DNA of 63,524 nucleotides, the filler included, from Globobulimina sp. (taxonomy: Eukaryota), in the NCBI GenBank assembly GCA_003354225.1. It is 52 parts of 52 records of this genome, joined end to end, with 100 filler letters (N's around TTAATTAATTAA, not from the genome) between each part and the next. Parts side by side here need not be neighbours in the genome. Positions count along the whole stretch, not along the records: positions 35,500 to 36,623 come from PIVH01022923.1; positions 36,724 to 37,847 come from PIVH01022924.1; positions 37,948 to 39,070 come from PIVH01022925.1; positions 39,171 to 40,293 come from PIVH01022926.1; positions 40,394 to 41,516 come from PIVH01022927.1; positions 41,617 to 42,739 come from PIVH01022928.1; positions 42,840 to 43,962 come from PIVH01022929.1; positions 44,063 to 45,185 come from PIVH01022930.1; 44 more parts are not named here. One strand, written 5' to 3'. The position numbers and the translations under genes are program-made. Below, piece by piece: positions 36,493 through 49,035 of the stretch. Under the pieces are notes generated by a model, which ran no database searches, was not told where the DNA came from, and worked only from the letters and a program-made list of their open reading frames with translations. Positions within the stretch are counted from its first letter, which is position 1, and each line of letters opens with the position of its first letter.

Positions 36493-36723
36493 ATGGTAGT
36501 ACAAAATGCAGTTTTAAATATATATTTAAAAGGCGCTCAATGTGGTTTTATTAAACAATTAAATTTCTTGAAACAAAGTCATTTATTTGCAGCCAAAAAT
36601 ACATTTTCAATTCGTGTCACAATNNNNNNNNNNNNNNNNNNNNNNNNNNNNNNNNNNNNNNNNNNNNTTAATTAATTAANNNNNNNNNNNNNNNNNNNNN
36701 NNNNNNNNNNNNNNNNNNNNNNN

Positions 36724-37751
36724 GAGCAATAAAATCAATTCAAAATATATGCGATAAAGAAGATGATGGAAACAGTTTGTTGCACATTGCCTGCGTACAT
36801 AAACAACTACATTTAGTCGAAGCCTTTTTAAGTATTTCCAATTTATTTGATGTCAATATTCCAAACGATATCGGCAACACACCATTACACTTAATAATCG
36901 TTAAAGATTCATCATATATTCCAATTATTGAATGTTTAATAAAGCATTACAATGCATCACCATTTACGCGCAATAAAAATGGCGAAACACCGCAATTTTT
37001 ACTGTCGTGTTCTCAATTTGGACTGCAACGGATTCCCGAACTAAATATATTATTATCAATTCACACATTTCGACAAAAAAAAGAGAATGCAATGTTGAGT
37101 TTAAATAGCAACGAATCATTGCGAAGCTGTGTAAAATCTAAAATATGTAAAATGTCGCCTGAAAAATTATTAGTCTATAAACAAATTTATAGAACATTGG
37201 CAAATGGCTGCGTATGGTTAAGAAAAGAACATTTATTCAAAGTATTTGAACAAATGAATTTAAATTTGCTTGATCGAGAATTGAAACAGATATTGGACAC
37301 AATTGATACTAATAACGATGGACACGTTGATTTTGAGGATTTTTTAGCATTTCTATTGATGCCAATTAATGAGTGGAGCACAAATGTTTTAGCGAAAAAT
37401 AACAGAAGTAAACAAAAAAAGAAAGTCAACCAATTTAAAGATAGCATTTATTATAATCCTTTGATACAAACTGGAATAATATCTGTTGCCAATGACGTAA
37501 AAGAACCAATCAAAATTAATAAAGAACATTACATCAAATTACACGAAAAGTTTGGTGGATTATTTAGCTGTAAACCAGAAGAAATCGACTCTGTTTTAAA
37601 ACGAATAATAAAATGTGGCAATAAAGAGGATTATGTCGCTAATGATGAGGAAGAAGAGCTAAATTACTTAGATGACAACATATGGAACAAAATAATAAAC
37701 CATCAAATCAATGTAAAACATCAAATCAATGAGAAAAATGCCTCAAATTAA
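36724..37751 (+). CDS. Ankyrin-repeat plus EF-hand protein, partial
   Basis: GNSLLHIAC, GNTPLHL, NKNGETP; EF-hand DTNNDGHVDFEDF. Confidence 0.85.
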
Positions 37752-38009
37752 TTCAACCATGATATATTATGCTTTTTTAGTCCAATTAGTCCGTAGTCGA
37801 AAATCCCTTTACGCTTTGCATCATCTCTTCTTTGTATCCTGTAAATANNNNNNNNNNNNNNNNNNNNNNNNNNNNNNNNNNNNNNNNNNNNTTAATTAAT
37901 TAANNNNNNNNNNNNNNNNNNNNNNNNNNNNNNNNNNNNNNNNNNNNTTTTAATTATGTACATTTGTTTCTTTTTTTATTTTTATGTATCTTTACCCGCG
38001 CCCAGCTTA

Positions 38010-38152
38010 CTTTAGAATAGGACCTGTTTGAAACACTGCGTTTTAGAAAAATTTTAAAACCTATGGAGAGGTTATCACCATCTCCTAACAAAACGACTTG
38101 CGAATTTGCGGATTTTAAAAACAATGTGTTTCAAACAGGTCATATTCTAAAG
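38010..38152. mobile_element. MITE (143 bp) with 27-bp TIRs and TA target-site duplication
   Basis: TA|CTTTAGAATAGGACCTGTTTGAAACAC ... GTGTTTCAAACAGGTCATATTCTAAAG|TA (one mismatch). Confidence 0.8.
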
Positions 38153-38199
38153 TAGTTTAAATAAAAAACAGCTTAGTTTAAATAAAACCTGGTAATCTA

Positions 38200-39070
38200 A
38201 TGACGTTTTATGCCAAACAACTTTTGAATGAACTGCCATCGGAGGACACCGTTTATGATTGGGTATATGGCCCCAAAAATGGATTCTTAAGATATGTCGG
38301 TAGAGCACAGGAATATTTGGGTAGAAGGCATCCGACGGGCTCATCATTTTTAATTCCGTTTCATAAAAACAATGCAAATTCAATGGTCATACGATTCCCT
38401 GCTGTTGGTTTTTTAAGCATTGTAGGATTTAATGTAGGATTATACGGAGCAGTTTCATTTGCAAAATTATACAAAAAATGTGAGAAAATATCAGCTTTCT
38501 ACTTTGCGTTATCGAATTTATTTTTTTCAGGAATGAATACTGCCGCATTAATATATCATTGTGTTTTACCAAACGACTTTAAATGGAGATATATCTTCAG
38601 ATATACTGATCAAATTTGTACAGGAATTGCTGGCATATTTATGGCCTTTGCCTTGCAATCAATTCATGAGGAAATAAATAATGACAATGTGACGTTGTAT
38701 TTGGATGAAGAGGAAACTGAAAAGGAAACAAGTAATGAATGGTACAAAGAGAAACGTACAATTTATAGCATTGTTGGTTCAGCCATGGTGTTACCACTCA
38801 TCCATCCGATATTTGGTGATATTATATATGTTGGAGGCGTTTTACTTTCTGTCTATAATGTGTTGCAATGCAATTTAAAATTGAGGCAATATGAGAGTGA
38901 TAAGGAAAGTGACAATGAATTGAAATATTTAAAAACAATGGCAAAGACTGTATTATTTGCATCTGGTATGGCTGGAATTGGTGTGTTAGCTGCTAAAAAT
39001 GTTGCGTTGTGGACTAACGGTAAACTAAATGTAATGAGAACAATGTTTATGTTGAGTGATATTGGATATA
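38200..39070 (+). CDS. Multi-pass membrane protein, possibly CREST superfamily (3' partial)
   Basis: Several TMs; GMNTAALIYHC...RYTDQ resembles the SxxxH...D CREST motifs. Confidence 0.4.
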
Positions 39071-39601
39071 NNNNNNNNNNNNNNNNNNNNNNNNNNNNNN
39101 NNNNNNNNNNNNNNTTAATTAATTAANNNNNNNNNNNNNNNNNNNNNNNNNNNNNNNNNNNNNNNNNNNNAAAAAATGCACAAAAAAGCAAAATGATTTA
39201 TTCCAAAGCAAGCACAGTGTGTCTGAGTTTGGAGGGATTGTTTGGAGAAATAAATTAAGGATATTCTGCAAAATTGGAGGCAACGAGTATTGGCAGAGAC
39301 CAGCCCTTCAATCGCGTGGTATGAACCCACAGTGACTTGGCTCCAAAGTGCAGATATATCAAAATAAGGGAAAAAATAAAAACAAACAAAAAAAAAGATA
39401 AAATAATAAAATATTATTGATGTCTGACGATGAATGACATTTGTGAGCTACATATATATCTCACGCAATTGCTGACGGGCTGGTCTCTGCGATCAGTACT
39501 CTTATTATGTCAACAAACATCAAACAACATCAGAATCAAATAATAGTATATAATTAAAAACAATCAAATAGTGTATTTTTTGTGTTTTGTTGTAATATTA
39601 A

Positions 39602-40159
39602 TTACATAGAATTTGGAATATTATTATTATTATTATTATATTGTTCATTATCGGTTACCATTTGTGGTGTGTCATTATAAGAACGATCGTGATAAGTTGG
39701 TGCATTTGCTGATGTACATTGTGTAACTTGTTGGTGATATTTTAATATAGTTCTTCTGTGTTCATGCATTGTAATACCCATTTTTTTTAATACATTGTCA
39801 TTCAAACGAAATACAGCAGATAAATCATCGCCAAATTCACAACGAATGAAATTACGATAATATTGTCCTAATGCGATATCATTCAAAAATATTTGTAATG
39901 CACTTGCTTCTGTCTGCGGTCTACGTGTAACTGGCGGTAGATTTGGTGGTGGGATCGACGGTGGTGCTGAATGTAAAGGGTCATGTCTCGATGATGAAAC
40001 ACTGTTTGTTTGTCCTCTGACTGCACCAAAATTATGGTTGTTCTGTGCTTTTTGTTTTGGACCAAGGGGAGGATATTGATACGATAATAATATTGCATCC
40101 TTTTTGTTATGCAGAGAATGAATTAACTCTACGCCAATACGGGTATCTATCAACAGCAA
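39602..40159 (-). CDS. SAM-domain protein, internal exon
   Basis: LQIFLNDIALGQYYRNFI...LNDNVLKKMGITMHEHRRTIL. Confidence 0.75.
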   Translation of the reverse strand: MLLIDTRIGVELIHSLHNKKDAILLSYQYPPLGPKQKAQNNHNFGAVRGQTNSVSSSRHDPLHSAPPSIPPPNLPPVTRRPQTEASALQIFLNDIALGQYYRNFIRCEFGDDLSAVFRLNDNVLKKMGITMHEHRRTILKYHQQVTQCTSANAPTYHDRSYNDTPQMVTDNEQYNNNNNNIPNSM

Positions 40160-40393
40160 ACGTATAAATTATGTTGCTATACAATATAAGATAAATATAT
40201 TTGAACCTGTTGAACTTGGATCAATCAGAAAATAAAAGCTAACATCACTTAATTTATCCGCTCTAAATTGTATCATTGTTCTAATACCGCCATNNNNNNN
40301 NNNNNNNNNNNNNNNNNNNNNNNNNNNNNNNNNNNNNTTAATTAATTAANNNNNNNNNNNNNNNNNNNNNNNNNNNNNNNNNNNNNNNNNNNN

Positions 40394-41284
40394 TCGATTA
40401 CCACTGTTATTTTCTTCATATCATCCGCTACTTTTGTATTATATGCTACATTTCAGACTTTGTTTATTTGTTTTGGGGAGTTGCCATTTGGTGCACGCGC
40501 TCTTGTGATTGTAGGAGCATTCCAAAATAGTGTGTATGGCACCCATTATTGTACGCTAATCATTGTCTTATTTACGAGAGTAAAGGTTTCATTCGATGGC
40601 ACATCGTATCAATTTTCAACATGTTCAGCTTATTGCTACAAAGCATTGTCGTGTTGCTGTTTTATGTTATTTATGGTGACGTTGTTTGCAGTTTGTGTTG
40701 TTCCTCGACGAATAAGTTTCCTTTTTTTCGCGTCAATATTCGTGTTTTTATTTTGTTCTGGATTGGTGTATCAGTCATTATTTTGGTTATTTGTGTCGAA
40801 ATTAAAAAAGGTGCTGCAAAAGTCGAGTGACAGTGGTAAATCTGATAAAAAATTACGAAAAGTAATGATGAAAAATGTATTATTGTCATCGTTTAGCATC
40901 ATTGGAACCGCGTTCTGGCTTTTAATGATCTTAATTATTGCTGTGGATATGCGAGGTGCGGGTGCAGCACGATTCAATTTATATGGCATGGCGCAGAATA
41001 TCGATGTATTTCTAAATTCTTTGTGTATTTATTTAACAATGAAAGGTACTGCAAGGACATATAATAGATATTGTGGGAGAATACATAAAAAGTGTAGCAA
41101 AACCTGTTGTGGTATTACCAATGATGAAAAAATGATTGGAACAGTCATTGGGTTACAAGCAACACGTTCAACCTCTGGAGATACAGTACATTCGGATTCA
41201 ACAGTAACAAATACAGGAAAGTCATGTCCAGATTTCTCACCTACAGATTTCTCAAAAACAAACACAGAAAATACAAATGTTTAA
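40394..41284 (+). CDS. 7TM GPCR-like protein (5' partial)
   Basis: Multiple TMs; LFTRVKVSFDGTSY (TM3-ICL2), LFVSKL, IDVFLNSLCIYL, YNRYCGRIH. Close paralog of 60301-61080. Confidence 0.7.
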   Translation, partial: SITTVIFFISSATFVLYATFQTLFICFGELPFGARALVIVGAFQNSVYGTHYCTLIIVLFTRVKVSFDGTSYQFSTCSAYCYKALSCCCFMLFMVTLFAVCVVPRRISFLFFASIFVFLFCSGLVYQSLFWLFVSKLKKVLQKSSDSGKSDKKLRKVMMKNVLLSSFSIIGTAFWLLMILIIAVDMRGAGAARFNLYGMAQNIDVFLNSLCIYLTMKGTARTYNRYCGRIHKKCSKTCCGITNDEKMIGTVIGLQATRSTSGDTVHSDSTVTNTGKSCPDFSPTDFSKTNTENTNV

Positions 41285-41616
41285 TAGCAATCCATTTTAA
41301 TCTGTTGAGTTGACAACATTTTGTTTTATTTATGAATTTCGATATGGATAAGTACTTAATTATTATTTAATTTTCACATAATATAACAATCCCCATTCAA
41401 CCAAACCAAACATATAATCCTGAAATCAAAACAGATTTCATGATATCTCCGAGTCGCTTAAATCTTAATAATTATATTATAATAAAACTAAATCACTGTT
41501 ATCCATTTCGACTACANNNNNNNNNNNNNNNNNNNNNNNNNNNNNNNNNNNNNNNNNNNNTTAATTAATTAANNNNNNNNNNNNNNNNNNNNNNNNNNNN
41601 NNNNNNNNNNNNNNNN

Positions 41617-41965
41617 CTAAACAAGCAATACAATTAAATCTTTGTTCCATTAATCTAATTCTTGCCTTTTGAATCTTATTCATTCCAACTTGTAATTTTA
41701 TTTCCAATGCATTCAATTCTTTCAAATTCAATCCATTAAACTTACTCACCGAAGCTGTGCCATTCAAATAATCCAATCTTTTTTTTAACGCACAATTTGC
41801 GACAACATATTCATTCATTTCACCATTTAAATCATGCATTTTCCGCAACAATTCTTCATGTTTTTGTTTCATTTCATTCAATTTGAACTTCCAACGCACA
41901 TTTTTGAAAAGATTAAAATCTTCTTTTTTTTCAGTCTCGTCAGCGTTGCTTTCTTTACAGTTCAT
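41617..41965 (-). CDS. Coiled-coil protein with start of a C-terminal RING
   Basis: Heptad region followed by CIACL at the contig edge. Confidence 0.5.
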
Positions 41966-42027
41966 TTTGATGGAATAGCAATTACTTTCAATTATGGTCG
42001 ATTATTAACTCATAATATAGTGATTTT

Positions 42028-42738
42028 TTGATGAATACAGCAGTTTGGGGTTTTGCTTTTAAAGATTATATCCAACCAAACATTGTAAAACAAACAATTC
42101 TCAAAAAGCATCACCTGGACACTATGGAATTTGAGGAATTGAATGATAACGAATGCAAACCATGTGACACATTTAGCTCTCCACAAAAAAGTGCCAAAAA
42201 AAAGAAAACTCCGAATATTATCCATCGAAATAAAGCAATGAAATATAGCAAAATTCCAGCAGCCAAAAAACAATCTATGTTTGGTACATCATCAACAGAT
42301 AGAAATGAAATAAATGCATCAAAAAGACCTGGACCAGGTTCATATGGCGTAAATACATCAACATTTCAGTCGCTAAATTCACCCAAATCACCAAAATTTA
42401 AATCAACATTTGGTATCAGTACAAAAGAAGCAGCAAAAGAGGTTATCAAATCGGATAAAATTGGTCCAGGAACATATGAGTCACCAAAACACAAAGTTAG
42501 CGGCGGTATTTGGGCCAAAGCAACACGGCATGTTTCCACAGTGATTGATTTTAACAATAAAGGCGACGATGAAGCTATGCAAATTACAGAACAAATTACC
42601 CCAATTTTCAGTCAATCTGAAAGAACTTTTGAAAATTCACAGTTTGATTGGAAATGGTATAGAACACAATATCATGCTGCAATGAATGGCCATGAAACAG
42701 CTGATGATACAGTCAAATCAGCAAAATTAGGAAAATAA
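42028..42738 (+). CDS. SHIPPO/PGP-repeat (ODF3/STPG-like) axonemal protein
   Basis: SMFGTSS...PGPGSY and STFG...IGPGTY repeats. Confidence 0.65.
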   Translation: MMNTAVWGFAFKDYIQPNIVKQTILKKHHLDTMEFEELNDNECKPCDTFSSPQKSAKKKKTPNIIHRNKAMKYSKIPAAKKQSMFGTSSTDRNEINASKRPGPGSYGVNTSTFQSLNSPKSPKFKSTFGISTKEAAKEVIKSDKIGPGTYESPKHKVSGGIWAKATRHVSTVIDFNNKGDDEAMQITEQITPIFSQSERTFENSQFDWKWYRTQYHAAMNGHETADDTVKSAKLGK

Positions 42739-42839
42739 TNNNNNNNNNNNNNNNNNNNNNNNNNNNNNNNNNNNNNNNNNNNNTTAATTAATTAANNNNN
42801 NNNNNNNNNNNNNNNNNNNNNNNNNNNNNNNNNNNNNNN

Positions 42840-43608
42840 CGGTGAACGTGGCGTCGTGTTTAACCGTTTATGGGGCGTCAAAGATAACATTTATTCGGAA
42901 GGCACCCATTTCATACTGCCAATCTTAGAGTGGCCAATCATCTACGAAGTGCGTACGCGTCCTACCGAGCTCTCCTCTTATTCGGGCACTCGCGATTTAC
43001 AATATGTCAATATGGCATTGCGGGTGTTATACCGACCAGAAATCAGTGCGTTGCCCTCCATTTTGCGCAAATACGGCACCGATTACGACCGCAGAGTGTT
43101 GCCGAGCATCATCAATGAGACGTTGAAGGCCATCGTTGCTATGTATAATGCGGAGCAATTGACCACGCAAAGGGAGGAAGTGAGTCTCCGCATCAAGCGC
43201 GACTTAATGGAGAGGGCGGAGGAGTTCCACATCGATATCCAAGACTGTGCTATCACGCACTTAGAGTTCAGTAAGGAGTTCGCCAAAGCGGTGGAGGATA
43301 AACAGATCGCACAGCAAGATGCTGAACAAGCGAAATTTTTGGTGCAGTTGGCGTTGCAGGAAAAGCAAAGTAAGATCATCGCGGCGGAGGGTGAGGCTCA
43401 GGCGGCGAAGTTGATTGGTGACTCGATGCAGAAAAACCCGGTGTTTGCCGAGTTGCGGAGGATCGAAGCGGCCAGACATGTGGCTCAGGCATTGGCCAAT
43501 TCGCATAATAGGATTTTCTTGGATTCCAATAGTTTATTAATGAACATGTTGACTGATTTTGTCAATGATGACTCGGTTTCGACACATAAACAAACCGTTA
43601 GGCAATAA
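42840..43608 (+). CDS. PHB2: Prohibitin (PHB2-like), 5' partial
   Basis: FNRLWGVKD..YSEGTHF, DLQYVN..LRVL.RP, RVLPSIINETLK, KQIAQQDAE, AEGEAQAA, NRIFLDSNSLL. Confidence 0.88.
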
Positions 43609-44250
43609 ATTGATATCTTAAGTGTATTGTAGGATTTATTAATAACTGTTATTGTTTAGCTTTTGATTAATTGCAAGATAAGTCCGTAAAATATATAGCA
43701 GTCTACAAACTTATAACGTGCGCACGTTTCTACTTTCTATAGTTATATCTTGTTGTGAGTGTTGTAATCGATTTGCACCAAATTGTATGTTTCCATAAAT
43801 ACCCTGATTTCATGGCCTTTTGGATGATGTATCTCAAATATGTCTTTCATTTTGGAACTATATTTGCGCGATAAATAATTATTAAACAAAAAAAAAACTG
43901 ACAGTTCTAAAATACTGTAACACCGTGAATTAGAAAAATCAAGGACTTTCCATTAGACTATGNNNNNNNNNNNNNNNNNNNNNNNNNNNNNNNNNNNNNN
44001 NNNNNNTTAATTAATTAANNNNNNNNNNNNNNNNNNNNNNNNNNNNNNNNNNNNNNNNNNNNACGGCAATCGATATGATTTAGCTTTGTTTAAGTTGGCA
44101 CAATATATTGCCGATGTTGATGCTACTTTTTATGAGTTATAGTTGTTCCAAATTAAGCGGGACCGCAAATAACAACAACAAAAAACTTAACAAAAACATA
44201 AATAACATGTATTAATTTGATATTCCGATAATAAGATGCAGCCCACTTAA

Positions 44251-45185
44251 ATGCTGTGCTTCAATAATTCTTTTTTTTGTTCGTGTATTCAATTAAATTT
44301 CATCATGTCACTTAACCAAGCAATAAGATTTCGATTTTTGGCAGCCCAATTAACCCAATCCGAAACATATCAATTTGTTACTAAATTATTGAATGGGAAC
44401 AGCAACATTATTATCAAGGCATTATTTAATCAAATATTAAATACATTCGTAAATCAACAACCTGAGGCTGATAATATTAATGATACAATATCAAATATCA
44501 TTTTATCCAGAAAGAAAAAACCCAAACCAATTCCAATACAAAATATTAAATTAGATCAGTTACCAAAACTATTAATTGGTGTTACATCTTCCTTTTTAGA
44601 TCAAAATGACAATCTTAATTTCAGTAAAACGAATAGATTTATTTTTTTAGGATGCAACTCACCAAATTTATTGCAAGAATTGGATTTAACGGCAATTCAA
44701 AATTATTCATATGTCAATTTAACATTATACCCATCTGTAAAAGATTTAAAATTACATTTACATAAATTTAATGAATTAATACCTTTTAATGTCATGAATG
44801 AATTAGAAACAATTGAATTAAATGCAAATTTTGATGGTGATATTGATATTGATACATTTTTAGCATTTAATGGGATAAATGTTGATAATATCACAACATT
44901 AAAATGTTCCCAATTTGAAATTCATTTTCCAACTTATAAATTGATGCAAATATTGACAAAGTTACCAAATGTACAATATTTAATTTTAAAGAGTGTGCAC
45001 TTGACACTTCACGCAAATGTAGTTAAAGATTTATATCCAAATTTAAAAGGTTTAAAATTGGACGGTGGTGTTCAAGCTAATCATAAATTAATTAATACAT
45101 TTGGAAATAATTTATATTTCTTATCATTCACAATTGCAACATGTCAAATTAACTTTGATTTGAATTTACAGAATACAAATTTTAG
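44251..45185 (+). CDS. F-box-like / LRR-like protein (3' partial)
   Basis: LDQLPKLLIGVTSSFL...FSKTNR (F-box-like) followed by LxxLxL repeats. Confidence 0.55.
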
Positions 45186-45285
45186 NNNNNNNNNNNNNNN
45201 NNNNNNNNNNNNNNNNNNNNNNNNNNNNNTTAATTAATTAANNNNNNNNNNNNNNNNNNNNNNNNNNNNNNNNNNNNNNNNNNNN

Positions 45286-46341
45286 GCCATAATCCTTGAA
45301 TTCTCCCTTTACGCTCACATTCACACTGTCAATCAACAATAATTTAGTGAAATATCTATCAATCAACACATTGCGATGCTTATTTATATGATACATCAGA
45401 TTCAAAATAGATTTATTCGCTTCAATCAATGACAAAAACTCTAAATTTACACTCAAAAATAACTTATCCCGATATGACGAATGCAAACCATACAATTTAT
45501 TAAATATATCCATCAAATCATAATTTTCCTCTTTCTCATTCATAAGAAATACACTAAACAGTTTTTTTGCGATTTGTGAGTAATTATTTCCAGAACGAAA
45601 TAACTTCTCCACATTCACATTAAATCTCTTCTTTTTCCTTTTTTTCTTTCTCTTCTTTTTCTTCTCCGTATTAACAACAATAACTTCCACCACTTCATCC
45701 TCCGCATCCTCCCCATCCTCCGCATTCTGCTCATCCTCCTCTTCCGGTTCCTGTTCATTCTCGCTCTCAAATATCGGTTCCAACACAATCTGTTTACTTT
45801 TTATTTTAAACGAGCCAGGAACGAAAGGCACGGCGTCCACATTCAAACTGTTATTCTTCTCCTCATTCGCCTCCGTTTTGATTATCTGCGCACATTCACA
45901 TTGAATATCGTCTGCAATGTCGTTATAATTGTTGTCAATCACGGCGTTGATGGCTTTTTTTCGTTTCTTGCCATGGTAATCTGTGTACACTTTAATATCA
46001 AATAATAATCGCATTTCTTGGCCAATCAAATATTTCGGGAAATTAAAGTCCGTTTCATACACAAATACATCATCCGCAATATCCTTACAATCGCACTTAA
46101 TAAAACCGTGCTTTTTATCCGTATTAAACCATAATAACTTCCCTTTATATTTGGGTCTGTTTTTGCTGCGATTATGTGTCGAATAATGCAATCGATTGTG
46201 TCTCGGCGCCGGTCCATTGTCCATTTGTTGGATTTGTTTATCTATATTGGCCTTCCACGGCTTCCCCGATCTCACCACAGGAACAGAAACGTGCACATTC
46301 GCCATGGCCAGCGACAGAGTGCGATTTTGCGCGGTTTCCAT
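45286..46341 (-). CDS. Cold-shock-domain protein with PAM2 motif (partial)
   Basis: KGKLLWFNTDKKHGFI...DVFVYETDF (CSD); SLNVDAVPFVPG (PAM2-like); acidic and basic tracts. Confidence 0.75.
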
Positions 46342-46704
46342 CTCGTTGACATTGATGGCTTTTTTTTTGGCGTTGCCCCAGTGATCGCGGTATATTTCGA
46401 TCTCAAATNNNNNNNNNNNNNNNNNNNNNNNNNNNNNNNNNNNNNNNNNNNNTTAATTAATTAANNNNNNNNNNNNNNNNNNNNNNNNNNNNNNNNNNNN
46501 NNNNNNNNCTGTTATTACAAAAACATCAATATCACCAATATCCTTAAAGCCTTCATTAAAATCTGAAGTATTTTTTAAACTGGATCATAAGGACGGTATT
46601 CCCTTATTCTACAAAAAGGGCGCCGATAGTCGGTGTATTGGGCAATTCATACAGCTGCTCCATCATCGCTATATCCACGACCGCCCATTTCCCCCATGGA
46701 GTGC

Positions 46705-46919
46705 ACGGTTTTTTCAGCAAGTACGAATTACTGTATAAACGGTGGCGGTCAAAATACAATGAATGCATTTACGTAGTAAAAGAGGGCGATAACCTGTCAA
46801 CTATTGCTGAACGTCACAATGTGCCTTTACCGGCACTGTTCATCTGGAACCGGTTAGACAACAAAAAACACATCTATCCGGGTGAGCGGCTGGTTGTCTG
46901 CCAGAAGGGGCTGATGTGA
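46705..46919 (+). CDS. Bacterial LysM-domain C-terminus (lytic transglycosylase-like), fragment
   Basis: YVVKEGDNLSTIAERHNV...WNRL...IYPGERL. Converges on the gene at 46929 with a 9-bp gap. Confidence 0.75.
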
Positions 46920-46928
46920 GTTTGTTAT

Positions 46929-47631
46929 TTAATCAACATAAAGCTGTTGGCCGGGAAATATTGTAGTAGTGAAATTTAAACGGTTTATCTGCAATAGACG
47001 ATTGAGAGGCATTTTATGATTTCTGGCTATTGTGAATGGACTGTCTCCCTGCTTTACCTCGTATGTCTTTAAAGAGCTTTGTAATGGAACTTTATTTTTT
47101 CTTCCGGGTAATTTCAGGACCTGACCCACATAGAGGTTCGTACTGGTCAGGCTATTTAAATACTTAATTTTTTTTGTTGTGGTACCGTATCGCTTTGCAA
47201 TAATCCAAAGCGAGTCACCCCTTCTTACAATGTGTTTTGCAGCATGATAATCTACGCTGAAGTTTTTTGTCTTTGGAATGTATGATCTTCCCTGTGGTAT
47301 TTTAAGAAGCTTGCCAGCAACTATGAAATTTCGTTTATTAATATTGTTTGCATGGGCAATTCGCCTCACGCTTGTGCGATATTTCTCGGCAATAGTTGAA
47401 AGCGTTTCTCCCCGTCTAACCCTGTGATATACAAAAGCTTTCCTGGGAGGCGGCGGTATGGGGATTCCATCTATTTTTGAAAGCAGCAATTCAGTATGAC
47501 CGGGAGGAACCTTAAGCGCATATTTACATTCGGGAAGCATTTTGTAACGTAGTTCAGGGTTCAGTTTTTTAAGCACACCTGCAGAAACACCGATACTGTT
47601 TCCAATATTTTTCAGGTAGACCTGCCTGGAT
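46929..47631 (-). CDS. mltD: Bacterial MltD-like lytic murein transglycosylase, C-terminal region with three LysM domains
   Basis: LKKLNPELRY..LP..Y.LKVP, then HRVRRGETLSTIA, HIVRRGDSLWIIA, YEVKQGDSPFTIA; intronless. Confidence 0.75.
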
Positions 47632-47731
47632 NNNNNNNNNNNNNNNNNNNNNNNNNNNNNNNNNNNNNNNNNNNNTTAATTAATTAANNNNNNNNNNNNN
47701 NNNNNNNNNNNNNNNNNNNNNNNNNNNNNNN

Positions 47732-48838
47732 CACCGCTATGTTTATCAGTAGTATATATCAGCCATAGGAGCCATTTTGGTTGCTATTTTAATAATCGCC
47801 ACGACAGGACATGTGATATATCGATTCATCGCAACCAATTCAAACAGCAATAACCAACAACTACAACAACGAAAAACCTCATATGTTCTTTTTTTATTAA
47901 TGTCTATAATATCGTTGTTGGTTTGTAGCTTTTATGCATTTCTTCGAGGAAACATATTTAACGGATTTAATGAGAACCAGTTTAGTTTATTGTTATGTGA
48001 AATGATATATTATTCTACGTTTGCATTGATCGCAATATATTCAATTTTATTATATTCGTTGTTTATATACCGGATTCAAACAGTATTTAAAGAAACGATC
48101 TACGAATATCCTCCCAGGTTATTTACTATTTTATATGCATTGTTGGTTAGTGGTTTCGGAGCATGCATAGTGTTGCTATTTTCCGTCTATCCTACAAACC
48201 GATTTGTTATTTATCAATTTGAAGAAACAACATTATTATTTTGTGGCACTTCACACGAATCTCCCAATATTGTTGAAAATATTGTTGGTACAGTTTTATT
48301 TGTATTTTTGACGATAATATTTAATGCTGTAACATTATATTTGTTCACTAAAAAATTATATGCATTACAATCTGAATTAATGCAGCAATATTTGGATGAA
48401 ATGAACTACCAACCATCGAATATAATCGCTGTGCCATCATCTCCGAGTGTTACTGAACCGAATCTTAACGAGGAGACGAAAGATAATAAACAACAAACAT
48501 TGAACAGATGCATGTCATTAAAGATAATGATAACGTCTGCTAAAAAAAATGAATCTGCAAAAAGAGTTATTAAGCTTCATCGATTAATTAAGAAGCATAC
48601 AATTTTAATTTGTGTTGCAATTTTAGCTGTTACTTTATGGATATTGACTACATTTCTTTTATCATCGTGGATATGGATACAAATGGTATGGCTTATGCTG
48701 GTAAATAACATTTGTGTATGGTTAATGTTTTCTTCTTCAAACAAATATTGGAAAATAGGTCAACATTATCTCTGTTGCTATATATGCTATTTTAACAAAA
48801 ACATATCGATACAGAGGCGATGTTTATGTTTTTGCTAG
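47732..48838 (+). CDS. 7TM GPCR-like protein
   Basis: Seven hydrophobic segments; LFIYRIQTVFKETIYEY, LYLFTKKL, LVNNICVWLMF, CCYICY tail. Confidence 0.7.
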
Positions 48839-48960
48839 CTAATTGTCTAGGAATNNNNNNNNNNNNNNNNNNNNNNNNNNNNNNNNNNNNNNNNNNNNTT
48901 AATTAATTAANNNNNNNNNNNNNNNNNNNNNNNNNNNNNNNNNNNNNNNNNNNNCCAATA

Positions 48961-49035
48961 TAGAAATAATGTTACGTGACAAAATTAGAAATAGTGTTAC
49001 ATGACAGAAATAGGAATATTGTCACGTGACAAGTG
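48961..49035 (+). repeat. Three tandem 25-bp repeats carrying a GTYACRTGAC core
   Basis: TAGAAATAATGTTACGTGACAAAAT / TAGAAATAGTGTTACATGACAGAAA / TAGGAATATTGTCACGTGACAAGTG. Confidence 0.7.
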
